DNA of 64,000 nucleotides from Spirochaetia bacterium (GCA_963666985.2 CAXXIA010000001.1:640001-704000), one strand, 5' to 3'; numbered from the stretch's first letter, positions 39,599 through 50,098 are shown. Program-made: numbers and translations. Notes: a model not told the origin generated them from the sequence alone.

Positions 39599-40461
39599 AG
39601 GTCAATCTCACGGGCACTAAGGAACCGGTACACCGGGAAGGCGATTAGCGAAACCATGATGAAGAGGAATACGTTCCCGGCCGTGGACAGGCCGTAGAAG
39701 CCGCTGCTGTACTGTTTATAAATAATAGAAGAGAGCAGGTCTGTTGTGAATCCTGGCCCACCTTTGGTCATCGACCAGATAAGGTCGAAGGTACGGAGGC
39801 CGCCGATGAGAGCCAGGATAATGACCGAGTCCATCGCCGGCCGAACTAAGGGCAGCGTCATATACCGGAACCGGTTAAACCGGTTCCCTCCGTCTATAGC
39901 CAAGGCTTCGTAATACTGCTCGGGTATTGATGAAATACCCGCAATGAAGATGACAGTGGCCACCCCGACGCCTTTCCAGACATCGACACCGATTACGGAA
40001 AGCAGGGCAATCTTTGTGTTACCAAGCCAGTCAGGGCCGTTAATGCCGATGAGAGCCAGGGCGTGATTAAGGACGCCTTTCGACGGATGCAGCAGGCTGT
40101 TGAAGGTAATGCCTACTGCAATGGTGCTGATGAGATTCGGGAAGAAAACGACGGCCCTCAGGAAGTTTTTAGTTCGTATCGCCGAGGTGAGGTAAACACC
40201 GAGAGCCAGTCCGAAAACCACTTTCAATCCGCATGTGAGAAAGGCGTATACAAAGGTGTTACGGAATCCGATGCTCAGAGAATCCTCGGCGAAGAACATA
40301 CGAAAGTTCTCCAGGCCAATAAAAGTCCAGTCGGTGAGGGTCCAGCGGGTCAGGCTGAAAAAGAAGGAGCTTAGTGCCGGCAGCAGGAAAAAAACCGAGA
40401 AGATAAGTGCCGCCGGCAGCAGGAAGAGATAGCTGTAGTGATTCCTTTGGGTTCTGGTCAT
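39595..40461 (-). CDS. Carbohydrate ABC transporter permease (MalF-type)
   Basis: IPEQYYEALAIDGG and TKGGPG. Start at MTRTQ (40461) after GGAG. Confidence 0.92.
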   Translation of the reverse strand: MTRTQRNHYSYLFLLPAALIFSVFFLLPALSSFFFSLTRWTLTDWTFIGLENFRMFFAEDSLSIGFRNTFVYAFLTCGLKVVFGLALGVYLTSAIRTKNFLRAVVFFPNLISTIAVGITFNSLLHPSKGVLNHALALIGINGPDWLGNTKIALLSVIGVDVWKGVGVATVIFIAGISSIPEQYYEALAIDGGNRFNRFRYMTLPLVRPAMDSVIILALIGGLRTFDLIWSMTKGGPGFTTDLLSSIIYKQYSSGFYGLSTAGNVFLFIMVSLIAFPVYRFLSAREIDL

Positions 40462-40480
40462 TGATAATCTCCGGATGTGG

Positions 40481-40507
40481 GAGTGGACCGGAGAAATCGG
40501 TCCACTC
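40481..40507 (-). other. Intercistronic stem-loop after the solute-binding-protein gene
   Basis: GAGTGGACCG-N7-CGGTCCACTC 10-bp perfect stem, in the position where such hairpins commonly stabilise SBP mRNA. Confidence 0.65.
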
Positions 40508-40524
40508 ATCATTCATTTAATAGT

Positions 40525-41823
40525 CTACCAGCCGGGAAGATTGAGCTGCTTGGCCTGCTTCTCGGTATCACGGTCGTATTTCTCGGAGGATTCCAGTGGA
40601 TCAGCGATTCCTGAGCCCACCTCTACGCAAATCTGCGGGGAGTTGGGTGCTTTGACAGGAGTGATGAACTCCAGGGCTGGAGCGGTCCGGTCCTCTTCAA
40701 AATATTGCATCAGATCCAGTATGCCCTGAGGAGTATCGGGAGGAAGTTCAACCCCTTTTACTACGTAAGGTCCATCGGCCTTGTTGGTGGCCGAGTAAAT
40801 AGCGAGACCTTCGGGAGAAACATAGAAATCTACCCACTGTTTGGCCAGATTGACGTTCTCGCCGTCTTTATAAATATAGATGGAGTTAGGGAGCCAGACG
40901 GTGGTTCCGTTGAGTCCAGGGGCGTTATCGGGCTGTGCGAAAAAGCCGACATCATTAACCTGTTCGGGGTAGTTGTTCGACAGGAAGGCGAAAGCGAAGG
41001 TGAGCATCGGATAATGGACGCCCTCGCCGGAAGCGATCATACCCAAACCATCATCATAGGTTGTGGCCAGGAAGTCGCTGTTCATAAAGCCTTTTTCGAA
41101 GACTTCCTGATATTTCTTAAAAGCCTCCAGGGCTTCGGGGGTTGTGGAATATTTAGCTTGGTTCAGGGTGAACCGTTCGGCAAAGTCAGGAACTTGCTGC
41201 TGGACGTAATAAAAATCGGAAAGCAGGAACAGCTGTGAGGTCCAGTCATCCTTATAGGATCCGATGACGGCTGTTTTTCCTGCGTCTTTCACGATTTGAC
41301 AGTTTTCCATAAACGCATCCCAGGTCGTCGGTACTTCAAGCCCCAGTTCTTTGTAGATACGCTTGTTGTAAAGGATGCCACCGGCAGCCGAAGAACTGGC
41401 GGGAATACCGAATATTTTGTTATTGACGGTGACCGTCTGCTTGTATGCCGGAGAGATCTTGTCCATGTAAGCTTCATCGGTCAGATCAAGAAAGTTCCGT
41501 TCTGGATTCAACGCCGTCAACAGGGACCCGGAGTTGAAATAAATGAGGTCGGCCATCTCTCCTGTTGCCAGTCGGGTTTTCAGCAGATTCTCTCCTTCCA
41601 GACTGCCGGGACGCAGTTCAAATTCGGTCTGGATTCCTGTCTTAGCCTCGAAGGCTTTAGCTACGGCCTGAATTCCGGTTAGTGATGTATCCTTGTCGAT
41701 GAGGAACGTCAGCACCTGGGGTTGCTCTAATGAACCTTCGGCCTGTTCCCCTTTGCCGGTGGCGAACGCTGTGCCCGCAAGCGCGAAGAAAAGAATGAGC
41801 GAAACATACAGAATCTTCTTCAT
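40525..41823 (-). CDS. Carbohydrate ABC transporter solute-binding protein
   Basis: Signal peptide (FATGKGE, spirochaete-style), LKTRLATGEMAD, YNKRIYKELGLEVPTTW; AAGGAG RBS. Confidence 0.92.
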   Translation of the reverse strand: MKKILYVSLILFFALAGTAFATGKGEQAEGSLEQPQVLTFLIDKDTSLTGIQAVAKAFEAKTGIQTEFELRPGSLEGENLLKTRLATGEMADLIYFNSGSLLTALNPERNFLDLTDEAYMDKISPAYKQTVTVNNKIFGIPASSSAAGGILYNKRIYKELGLEVPTTWDAFMENCQIVKDAGKTAVIGSYKDDWTSQLFLLSDFYYVQQQVPDFAERFTLNQAKYSTTPEALEAFKKYQEVFEKGFMNSDFLATTYDDGLGMIASGEGVHYPMLTFAFAFLSNNYPEQVNDVGFFAQPDNAPGLNGTTVWLPNSIYIYKDGENVNLAKQWVDFYVSPEGLAIYSATNKADGPYVVKGVELPPDTPQGILDLMQYFEEDRTAPALEFITPVKAPNSPQICVEVGSGIADPLESSEKYDRDTEKQAKQLNLPGW

Positions 41824-41852
41824 AAATGTCTCCTTGTTTTCGATTTTTATTC

Positions 41853-41907
41853 AGCATATCCGGTGAATTTACACAGAGATATGGAGAAACCGATACAGGT
41901 ACCTGGA
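41853..41907 (-). promoter_or_regulatory. Putative activator-dependent promoter of the sugar ABC operon with tandem AraC-type sites
   Basis: Minus strand: two TCCA-N5-CTGT boxes 22 bp apart (41895-41907 and 41873-41885), the proximal one over the -35 position; -10 TATGCT at 41853-41858. Confidence 0.4.
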
Positions 41908-41911
41908 ATAA

Positions 41912-43423
41912 TCAGGCGAGCGATTCTCTGAATTCTCTGGGCGATATACTGTGAGTTGCTTTGAAAACCTTGCTGAAATATGAGGCATCTTCATATCCAA
42001 CCATCACCGCGATTTCTTTAAGGGGAATCGCAGGTGATTCTTTCATTAGTTCGATACTTCGCGATATACGGGTGTCCCGGATGAACTCCACAACACTTGT
42101 ATCCCGGTAACGATGGAACATTCTGTTCAGGTAGGATTGGGAAATCCCGAAGGTTCGACACAGATGGGGTATCGATATTTCATCCGCCAGGTGGCATTCA
42201 ATGTACTTCGTGATACGTTCCACTAACTCCCGGCTTCCGATTGCCGTCGGCATTATATTGGAGGACTCGCCGATTCCTTCCAAGATTTCGTCGAATCGCT
42301 CAGCCAGATCGCTATAATTCACACACTCCATAAACGCTTCATCCATGAGCTGTTCCATATCAAACGCCGCATTTCGGCCGAGCGGGCAGTACTGCAGAAG
42401 ATGTCCCAGGACGTTTTTCAAGCCTATGTATGCCGAGGCCAGGGGCATCCTGGTTTCTGTCCAATCCAAAATCACCGGACGGATTTCCCGACGGACCGAA
42501 TTGATTCCCCTGTTCATGAGGAAACCGTCTATTTTTCGGAAGAATGTCGAGTCCAGTGAATCCGGAAATCCTGTACTCTTCTCAGCCGGGGAATCGTCAT
42601 ACAGAATGCGGCTGACACCGGGAACGGTACGTTCCCAGAGGAGTTTCTGAAGGCCGGCCAAGCATGAAAGGACTTCCTCCCTGTCGAAATTCACTGATAG
42701 TGCAGCTGTGTAGTAGCGGCATTCCGGAACTCCGTTTCCGAATGCATCAACGATGGCCTTGAAGCGACTGTAGTGGATGGTTCCGGCACCGGCAATCACA
42801 TACCATTCGCTTCCGTCTCTGCCGGGAATGAGCCAAATGTTATCTTTCTCTTCATCGTTGAGATTCTTTACTAATGCTTCTGTGACATCTTTGCCGACGC
42901 TGCCTACAGTGAAGGAAGAGAATCTGGAATGAAGTCCGTTTTTACGGACGACGGCCATCATGAGGCGTTCCGCTAGCAGGCCTCGTGGGACATTCCTTCC
43001 ATTAAGCCGTCTGGAAAGATTCCTGCCGATTTCCGTATGCGCTTTATCAGTCAGTCTTTCCATTAGCTGGTCCAGGAGCGAATTCAGAGCAGGAATGCTG
43101 ATTGGTTTGAGCAGATAGTCCATCACTTCCGAACGAATGGCATTCTTGGCATATTCGAAATCCTGGTATCCGCTGATGATGACCGAGACAATTTCAGGGA
43201 ACTCCTCTTTCACCTTTCCGATAAGCTCAATGCCGTCCATTCTCGGCATTCGGATATCGCTTATCAGGACATCCGGGCCGAGTTCCTTCACCATATCAAA
43301 GGCCTGTACACCATCTTCTGCAACACCGATGACCCGGAATCCAGGGTTTTTCTTTCCGATGATGGATACCAAATGACGTTGTGCCGCAGGTTCGTCTTCG
43401 GCGATCAGAATGGAGAAGGTCAA
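41912..43423 (-). CDS. Two-component response regulator, REC + AraC (YesN-like)
   Basis: IAEDE, DIRMPRMDG, ISGY, YLLKP; C-terminal VGYEDASYFSKVFK. Confidence 0.92.
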   Translation of the reverse strand: MTFSILIAEDEPAAQRHLVSIIGKKNPGFRVIGVAEDGVQAFDMVKELGPDVLISDIRMPRMDGIELIGKVKEEFPEIVSVIISGYQDFEYAKNAIRSEVMDYLLKPISIPALNSLLDQLMERLTDKAHTEIGRNLSRRLNGRNVPRGLLAERLMMAVVRKNGLHSRFSSFTVGSVGKDVTEALVKNLNDEEKDNIWLIPGRDGSEWYVIAGAGTIHYSRFKAIVDAFGNGVPECRYYTAALSVNFDREEVLSCLAGLQKLLWERTVPGVSRILYDDSPAEKSTGFPDSLDSTFFRKIDGFLMNRGINSVRREIRPVILDWTETRMPLASAYIGLKNVLGHLLQYCPLGRNAAFDMEQLMDEAFMECVNYSDLAERFDEILEGIGESSNIMPTAIGSRELVERITKYIECHLADEISIPHLCRTFGISQSYLNRMFHRYRDTSVVEFIRDTRISRSIELMKESPAIPLKEIAVMVGYEDASYFSKVFKATHSISPREFRESLA

Positions 43424-45197
43424 CAGGAAAATCCTTTCGCCGGCATTTTGCCGTGTATTGTGATTCGGGTTCCGCCTTCGGGAGGGCTTTCAATATTCAT
43501 TTGAAAATTCTCACCGAAGAAGAGAAAGAGACGGACATAGGTGTTTGTGAGGCCCAATCCGCCCAGGCTCATCTCTACTCCGGCTTCGGAGGACTCCAGA
43601 GCATCAATGATTTTTTCCAGACGGGTGCGGATGGCTGCGATTTCCTCCTGAGAGATGCCCTTCCCGTTGTCGCCTATTGTCAGAAGCCATTCATTTCCGG
43701 TTCGGTCTGCCTGCCCCGATACATCAATTTGTATTTTCTGAACACCTTCTTTAAAATTATGATTAATTGCGTTTTCGATAAGTGGCTGGAGTACCATCTT
43801 CGGAATTTTCATTTCCGCAATTTTTTTGTCATATCGACATTCATAGGTAAGTTTGTGTTCGTATCGTTCCTTGAGTAAGGAGAGATAGTTGCGGGCATGA
43901 GCGAATTCCTGCCTAACCGATGCTTCCCGCTCTACTGTGGAAGTGGAGTATCTGAGCATCGAAGCAATACGGTCGCATATATCGCAGATATCTTCGTTTC
44001 CCGATTCTAATCCCATGCTCGATATGACATTCAAAAGGTTGTACAGAAAGTGGGGGTTTACCTGGGCCTGTAAGGCGTCAAGGTTGGCCTGGATCTGTAA
44101 TGACTGTGAGGTCATCTCTCTCTCCTTAATGCCTCATTGAGCCGATTCTGGAGGTGGGTCAGAGCGAAATCAAGGGCTTCGATTTCATCATGGGGACTCT
44201 CCAGGTTCGCTGAAGACGGAGATGATCCCAGTTCGATGCGGTCGACGTGATTTTTGAGCTGCCGAATCGGATGTGTGAGTTGCAGAGTGAAGAAACGAAC
44301 AGCCAGGAGTGATACTGCCAGAACCGCCATTGATACGGTGAAGAATATCCAAATGGTATTCGCCGTGGACGAGAGTCCATTCCATCGATCTCGGGAGAGT
44401 TCAATACGAATACCCGTATATTGTGAGACGATGGATGTTCTGTAAGGCTCGCGGAATATGATCCGGCGAGCGTTCGAGCTTGTTTCCGCGGATTTATAGA
44501 GAGTATCTCCATCAGGAGTTGTAACGATTGTATGTATTTCAAGTTCATCAGATGCGTCGAACATCCTTTCGATGACCGAATAGGAGTTCTGTATCTCGAT
44601 GTAACCTGTTGTGTTACCTTCCTGGAAATCCACAACGGCCCGAATGATGCCGAAGACGTCAGTATTGTTTTTCGTGTCCCACGGATCCTGATATTTCGGC
44701 ATGAAATACATCCGTCCGCTTAGTTCCCGGCACCTCTCGAGTCTCGGATTGTCGCTTACCCATTTCTTTACATCAGATTTCACTGGGTAGGAGAGAAAGT
44801 TGTTGCTGTAGAAATCCAACGCCGGTGTATAGACGGCGACTCTGTAGAAGTCTCGAATCAGGGAATATCGGTATATGGACCCTTCGATGTATTTAAGTGC
44901 GTTAAGAATGTCCGGCTTGTATTGTTCGTCCTCTCTGTCGAAATAGGCCAGAGTTGTCATTGACGGAATAAACTCCGCTAGGGACAGGGTGTCAGTTGTC
45001 GCATAATCCATCGTCGTAAGGACGGTATCGAGCTGATCGGACATCCTTTCAACCCTGTATCGAAGATCTTCGAAGACTCGTTTGTCCGTCTCTGATATCC
45101 GTATAACGAAATACACGGCGCTAAACGAAGCGGTGAGTATGGCGATAAACAGCGAATATGTCAGTAGCAGGCGGGTTTGAAAACCGGCTTGCTTCAT
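43420..45197 (-). pseudogene. YesM/LytS-like sensor histidine kinase split by a frameshift in a (GA)5 run
   Basis: ORF 45197-44112 (2 TM + HAMP) and ORF 44115-43420 (QVNPHFLYN, QPLIENA, DNGKG, GLGL) fuse in frame with (GA)4 at 44115-44124. Confidence 0.85.
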
Positions 45198-45221
45198 GAT
45201 AAACCTCCGAGATACTGCCGA

Positions 45222-47840
45222 TTATACGCTGATACCCCCAGTTCGTATGATCGTTTTTCGCTCATACCGTCCTGAACCCAGTATTTCCGCATCCCTCTGT
45301 CCCGGCAGGAAGAGCCTTGCACTTGTATTACATGGCACTTCTACAATCACCGTCATCTCATCACCAACGAGTTTCCAGATTATCTCGGCCAGACCATAGG
45401 GAGTTTCCCGTCGCATTGAAGCGGATGTGATTCCTCCGCCGGGCCGCGGCCGAAAATCAATGATTTTGTACCCGGGACCATTCTCTGCAGCTTCCAGACC
45501 CGCCATGGTTGTGTACAACCAGTAACCCACCGAACCATATGCGTAATGGTTGAAAGAATTCATATCGGGACTCCACAGGGAGCCATCCGGTTTCAGTCCG
45601 TCCCAGTGTTCCCATATTGTCGTTGCACCCTGTTTTACTTGATAGAGCCAGGACGGGTAGTCCTCCTGAAGAAGCAGCTTATAGGCTTCATCCAGCCGTC
45701 CATACCTCGCCAGTACCGTGCAGATATATGGCGTCCCAAGGAATCCAGTCGTAAGGTGTCCATTCTCCTCTCCGATGATTTTTACCAAATCATCGACAGT
45801 ACGCTGGGCATGTTCCTTTGTAACCAGGTTGAAATGAAGTGCCAGCACATGGGCTGTCTGTGTGCGAACAGCCAGTCTTCCGGAAGGAGTGTAAAACTTC
45901 TCCAGGAAAGCTGATCGTATCCGGCGGTATAATGCTCCGTAGTGTTCCGAATCGTCTTCATTACCCAGAAGGGCCGCGGTACGGCTCAGGATATCCGCGG
46001 AATTTGCATAGAAGACCGTGGCCGTGTAGTCATTAGGTGTTGCCCCGAAATAGCTGCCTTCTTTTGCATCCAGAGCCACCCAGTCGCCGAAATGGAAACC
46101 GGTATCCCATATAACTTCATCCCTGGCCTGTCTACGGATACATTCAACCCATCGCTTCATCATTCCGTAGTTTTCTTCAAGTATGCGTTCGTCACCGTAT
46201 TGTCGGTAAATAGTCCATGGGCAGATTACTGCGGCATCAGCCCAACCTGTGGCTGAGTGCGCGCCTTCCAGCAGATCGTCGGTTTCCGCGGCATCGAACA
46301 GCACGTCAGGAATAACATGGGGAATCCCGCCGTCGGGCTTCTGTTCCGTCCGCATATCCCGAAGCCATTTTGTGAAGAATGAGGCAGTGTTCCGGAGATT
46401 GCAAGCAGTACCGATGAACACCTGAGCATCCCCCGTCCATCCCAGCCGTTCGTCTCTCTGGGGGCAGTCGGTTGGGATGTCCAGGAAGTTCCCTTTCATA
46501 CCCCAGTGGATATTGTGATTCAACTGGTTTATCAGTGGATTGGAGCAAGAGAAGTCCCCAGTCGGCGGCATTTTCGAATGGACGACTTCGGCACGAAAAT
46601 CCTTCTTTTTCGGCGTCCCCGGATATTTTTCCACCAGAACATAACGGAATCCCTGGAAAGTGAAACAGGGATGGTATTCCTCGATACCGTCACCTTTAAG
46701 GATGTATAGGATTTCCTGTTTAGCCGCTCTGAGATTCTCGGTGTACAAATCGCCTTCGGCGGTGAGAATCTCACCATGTTTCAGCATAACTTCTGAACCG
46801 GCCGGACCCTCCACTTGGAACCGAACCCACCCGGTAAGATTCTGCCCAAAATCCAAGATTGTCCGCCCCTGGCTGTCTGTCAGCAATTCAACGGGTTCTA
46901 GGACTTCATGCACGGCGATCGGAGGGCCATCCTGGGCGCAGACTGTTGACCGGTCCATGTCTAGAAGTACAACAGGTCCCGTCCCTCCGGATTTCGGCGG
47001 CATGGACAAATCGGTTTCCCTACGGGCGTCGTAGGTTTCGCCATTATAGATTTCCGTGTAGAGAACCGGAGAAGGAAAAGATTCCCAGGTTTCATCGGTC
47101 ATGACGGTCTCTTCGGTTTCGTCTTCATAGGCGACATGCATCACCATGCTGAAACCGATTCGGTTTCCATACACGCAGCGTTTGCTCATCCATCCAGCCA
47201 GATCACCTTTATACCACCCGGTTCCGATATGAGCGGTGATGATATTACTGCCGATTTGGAGGGAATCGGTGATGTCTATAGTCTGATACAGCAGCCTGGA
47301 GTTGTAATTTGTCCAGCCGGGAGCAAGAAGATAGTTCTCATCGATGATTCCGTTTACCGTTACGCTGTAGAGTCCGAGCGCGGTCGCGTAAATCCGTGCA
47401 GAAGCTACCGCCCCCCGGATTTCATATGTCTTGGAAAGGTACCATCCTTCCGACCGAGTCGGATCATTTTCGTTTTTCGGAGATATAAATAGTGCCGGCC
47501 AGTTTCCATCCGCCATCAATCCGGTTTCAAAGAACGCTTCGGGGCATGCCCCGTTCGTTATGCCGTGATTATCTTCGACTTCAACGGTCCAGTAATACCG
47601 TGTTGATGGACACAGGGGCTCACCGTCATATGCGATGAGAACAGACCTGTTACTTTTTATTCGACCGGAGTCCCATACAGTTTTTGAGAAATCCGCATCA
47701 GTTGATACCAGGACCCGATATGCTGTCTGTAGGACATTCGTTTCATCACTATTCAGAATCCAGCTAAATCGGGGGGATGGTTCGTCGATACCTATGGGAT
47801 TTACTCGATGTTCACATGTGAGTCCGTTAAGGTTCAGCAT
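45222..47840 (-). CDS. Alpha-L-rhamnosidase (GH78)
   Basis: DFGQNLTG, FTFQGFRY, PTDCPQRDERLGWTGD, GATTIWEHW and MNSFNHY motifs. Start at ATG 47840 after AAGGAG. Confidence 0.93.
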   Translation of the reverse strand: MLNLNGLTCEHRVNPIGIDEPSPRFSWILNSDETNVLQTAYRVLVSTDADFSKTVWDSGRIKSNRSVLIAYDGEPLCPSTRYYWTVEVEDNHGITNGACPEAFFETGLMADGNWPALFISPKNENDPTRSEGWYLSKTYEIRGAVASARIYATALGLYSVTVNGIIDENYLLAPGWTNYNSRLLYQTIDITDSLQIGSNIITAHIGTGWYKGDLAGWMSKRCVYGNRIGFSMVMHVAYEDETEETVMTDETWESFPSPVLYTEIYNGETYDARRETDLSMPPKSGGTGPVVLLDMDRSTVCAQDGPPIAVHEVLEPVELLTDSQGRTILDFGQNLTGWVRFQVEGPAGSEVMLKHGEILTAEGDLYTENLRAAKQEILYILKGDGIEEYHPCFTFQGFRYVLVEKYPGTPKKKDFRAEVVHSKMPPTGDFSCSNPLINQLNHNIHWGMKGNFLDIPTDCPQRDERLGWTGDAQVFIGTACNLRNTASFFTKWLRDMRTEQKPDGGIPHVIPDVLFDAAETDDLLEGAHSATGWADAAVICPWTIYRQYGDERILEENYGMMKRWVECIRRQARDEVIWDTGFHFGDWVALDAKEGSYFGATPNDYTATVFYANSADILSRTAALLGNEDDSEHYGALYRRIRSAFLEKFYTPSGRLAVRTQTAHVLALHFNLVTKEHAQRTVDDLVKIIGEENGHLTTGFLGTPYICTVLARYGRLDEAYKLLLQEDYPSWLYQVKQGATTIWEHWDGLKPDGSLWSPDMNSFNHYAYGSVGYWLYTTMAGLEAAENGPGYKIIDFRPRPGGGITSASMRRETPYGLAEIIWKLVGDEMTVIVEVPCNTSARLFLPGQRDAEILGSGRYERKTIIRTGGISV

Positions 47841-48604
47841 AGGCTTGCTCCTTGTATCGCGGCAGTTAAGATGGGCCACGAAGCCCATAGTATGGTCTCC
47901 GACATACAGACGACAGGGAAAAATCCATCCTGTGACTTGGACTTTTCCGGCGAATTCTATTTCATCTTTTATATATATATCGTTCGGATCGGTTTTTATG
48001 TGCTCCAGGATTTCTGTTGCCGTTTTCAGGATAACCAGCAGCTCCCTCTTTTCGTCGGGGAGAATCGGAGGCAATGATGGGACTGCACCGATTCTCTTTT
48101 CGGTCTTTCGATAACTATTTCCCCGAGTTTGAAATCTTTTTTCCCCGCAGCTGTCTCTGTGGGACTCCAAACCAGCGTGCCCCGTGAGACCACCACCCTA
48201 ATTAAGTTCGATGTCTCCAAAGAGCATTTTAAATCGTTTTGAACAACGAAGAGGCTTCCTGAATAGAGTATTAAGAATGACCTGGTGGTCGGTGTTTTTC
48301 GCCGGATGAGACCGGTACTTCAAGTACCATGCGGACCGCATTGTGCCGAGGAAGGTGTTTAACAGTCACCCGGATTGCCGAAAAAATAGCGAGATCAACC
48401 ACAGCAAGTTATTTCGAAGAGCACCTCTTAGAAATTAGATGGTACAGTTTTTTAAAAAAGAGCTTTAACCGTCTTTAATCGTCATCCTGCCTTTTCCCCG
48501 ACCGCCGCACCCCGAACGAACGTGTAGCTTCAACAGCCTGTTAAAACGCAGAAACCGTATACCGCCCGTTGGCCTTCACGGAAGAGCGGCATTATGATGA
48601 GTTC

Positions 48605-50098
48605 ATGGAAGAATTCTATGAACTGATGAATACCATCAGAGATTATGCCTGGGGCGACGAAAAACATATCCCTGATTTTATCGGACTGGACTATCCCGAA
48701 GGAAAACCGGCCGCGGAGATGTGGATGGGGGCTCATCCGTCCGCTCCGTCACGTCTTTGGGTTGAGAACGGCGGAGAAAAAGGTCTGGATGAACTGATAG
48801 AATTTCATCGAAGCGAAGCCTTGGGACCGGCGGTTGAGGCGAAGTACGGAGCTCTCCCTTTCCTTTTTAAGCTTCTCGCGGCGGGAAAATCCCTTTCCAT
48901 ACAAGTTCATCCGGATAAAAAAACGGCGGAGGAAGGGTTCAATCGGGAAGATTCCCGGGGCGTTCCCCGAGACGCACCGAATAGAAATTACCGGGACGAT
49001 AATCACAAGCCGGAAATTATCATGGCCATCACTCCGTTTACGGCGATGATCGGCTTCCGGGAGCCTGAGGAAATTCTTCGCGACTTTATGCCGCTCGTCT
49101 CTACTAAAAAGCTCCCGTCCTTCCTCGATGCACTGGCGCAAGAGGCGGATAACACGAACATACGAATTTCTCCGGAGAAGTCGAACTCGCCTGAAAAGAG
49201 CTCCGCCGAGAATGAGCGCCGCCGTGATGATGTTTTCGGCAATGAAATCGGCGCGTCTCAGGGATTGAAAAACTTCCTGAAAGGGTTACTGACCCTGCAT
49301 GCCGATGAAAAAGAAACGTTGATTCAAGCGGCATTGGCGTTATTGGGGGATGAAGGCGCCGAAGGCCACGAGATTTCCGCCGAATGGGGGAACACCGCCG
49401 GTGAACTCCGCGCCGCTTCCAAAAACCTGTCCGCCGCAGGCTCCGCCGGTACCTTTGCGGTTTCTCGGCAATTCCCCGAACAGCCCCCTTCCGCCGCGGC
49501 GAACAAATCCGAAGATTCTTCATGTCCCTGGGACGGCCTTCGCCGCAAATGGATTTCGAGGCTCATCCGTCAATTTCCGGGCGACATCGGAGTACTGGCG
49601 CCTCTTTTTTTAAATGTCGTGGAAATCGCTCCGGGTGAAGCCCTCTATCAGCCGGCTCGGATGCTCCATGCGTATCTGGACGGATTCGGTTTGGAACTCA
49701 TGGCCAACTCGGATAATGTCCTCAGAGGCGGTCTGACGGTAAAAAACATCGATGTTTCCGAACTGATTTCGATTCTGGACTTCAATCCTTCCGTTCCGGA
49801 AATCCTGCCCAAACCTTCTTGCAAAGAGGGAGAAATCGCATGCTATTCCACACCGGCGGAGGAATTCGAACTGTGTTTGGCCGAAGTGGGACGTGAAGGA
49901 AAGCATGTCGTTCTGGAAAAACACAAAGGCCCGGCCGTCCTTCTGGTTATGGAAGGCGATATCGTCCTTTCGGGCGGCGGCAGAAAGCTGGCGCTCAAGC
50001 AGGGCGGCAGTGTTTTTATTCCGTGGAGTTCTTCCGAACTGACCGTGGAAGGCCGGGGAAAAATCGCGCTCGCTTCGGTCCCCGGAATCGGGCAATGA
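48605..50098 (+). CDS. manA: Mannose-6-phosphate isomerase, type I, with long insertions
   Basis: YAWG, AEMWMGAHP, LPFLFK, LSIQVHP, DNHKPE, HAYL and ELMANSDNVLRGGLT motifs. Confidence 0.92.
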   Translation: MEEFYELMNTIRDYAWGDEKHIPDFIGLDYPEGKPAAEMWMGAHPSAPSRLWVENGGEKGLDELIEFHRSEALGPAVEAKYGALPFLFKLLAAGKSLSIQVHPDKKTAEEGFNREDSRGVPRDAPNRNYRDDNHKPEIIMAITPFTAMIGFREPEEILRDFMPLVSTKKLPSFLDALAQEADNTNIRISPEKSNSPEKSSAENERRRDDVFGNEIGASQGLKNFLKGLLTLHADEKETLIQAALALLGDEGAEGHEISAEWGNTAGELRAASKNLSAAGSAGTFAVSRQFPEQPPSAAANKSEDSSCPWDGLRRKWISRLIRQFPGDIGVLAPLFLNVVEIAPGEALYQPARMLHAYLDGFGLELMANSDNVLRGGLTVKNIDVSELISILDFNPSVPEILPKPSCKEGEIACYSTPAEEFELCLAEVGREGKHVVLEKHKGPAVLLVMEGDIVLSGGGRKLALKQGGSVFIPWSSSELTVEGRGKIALASVPGIGQ

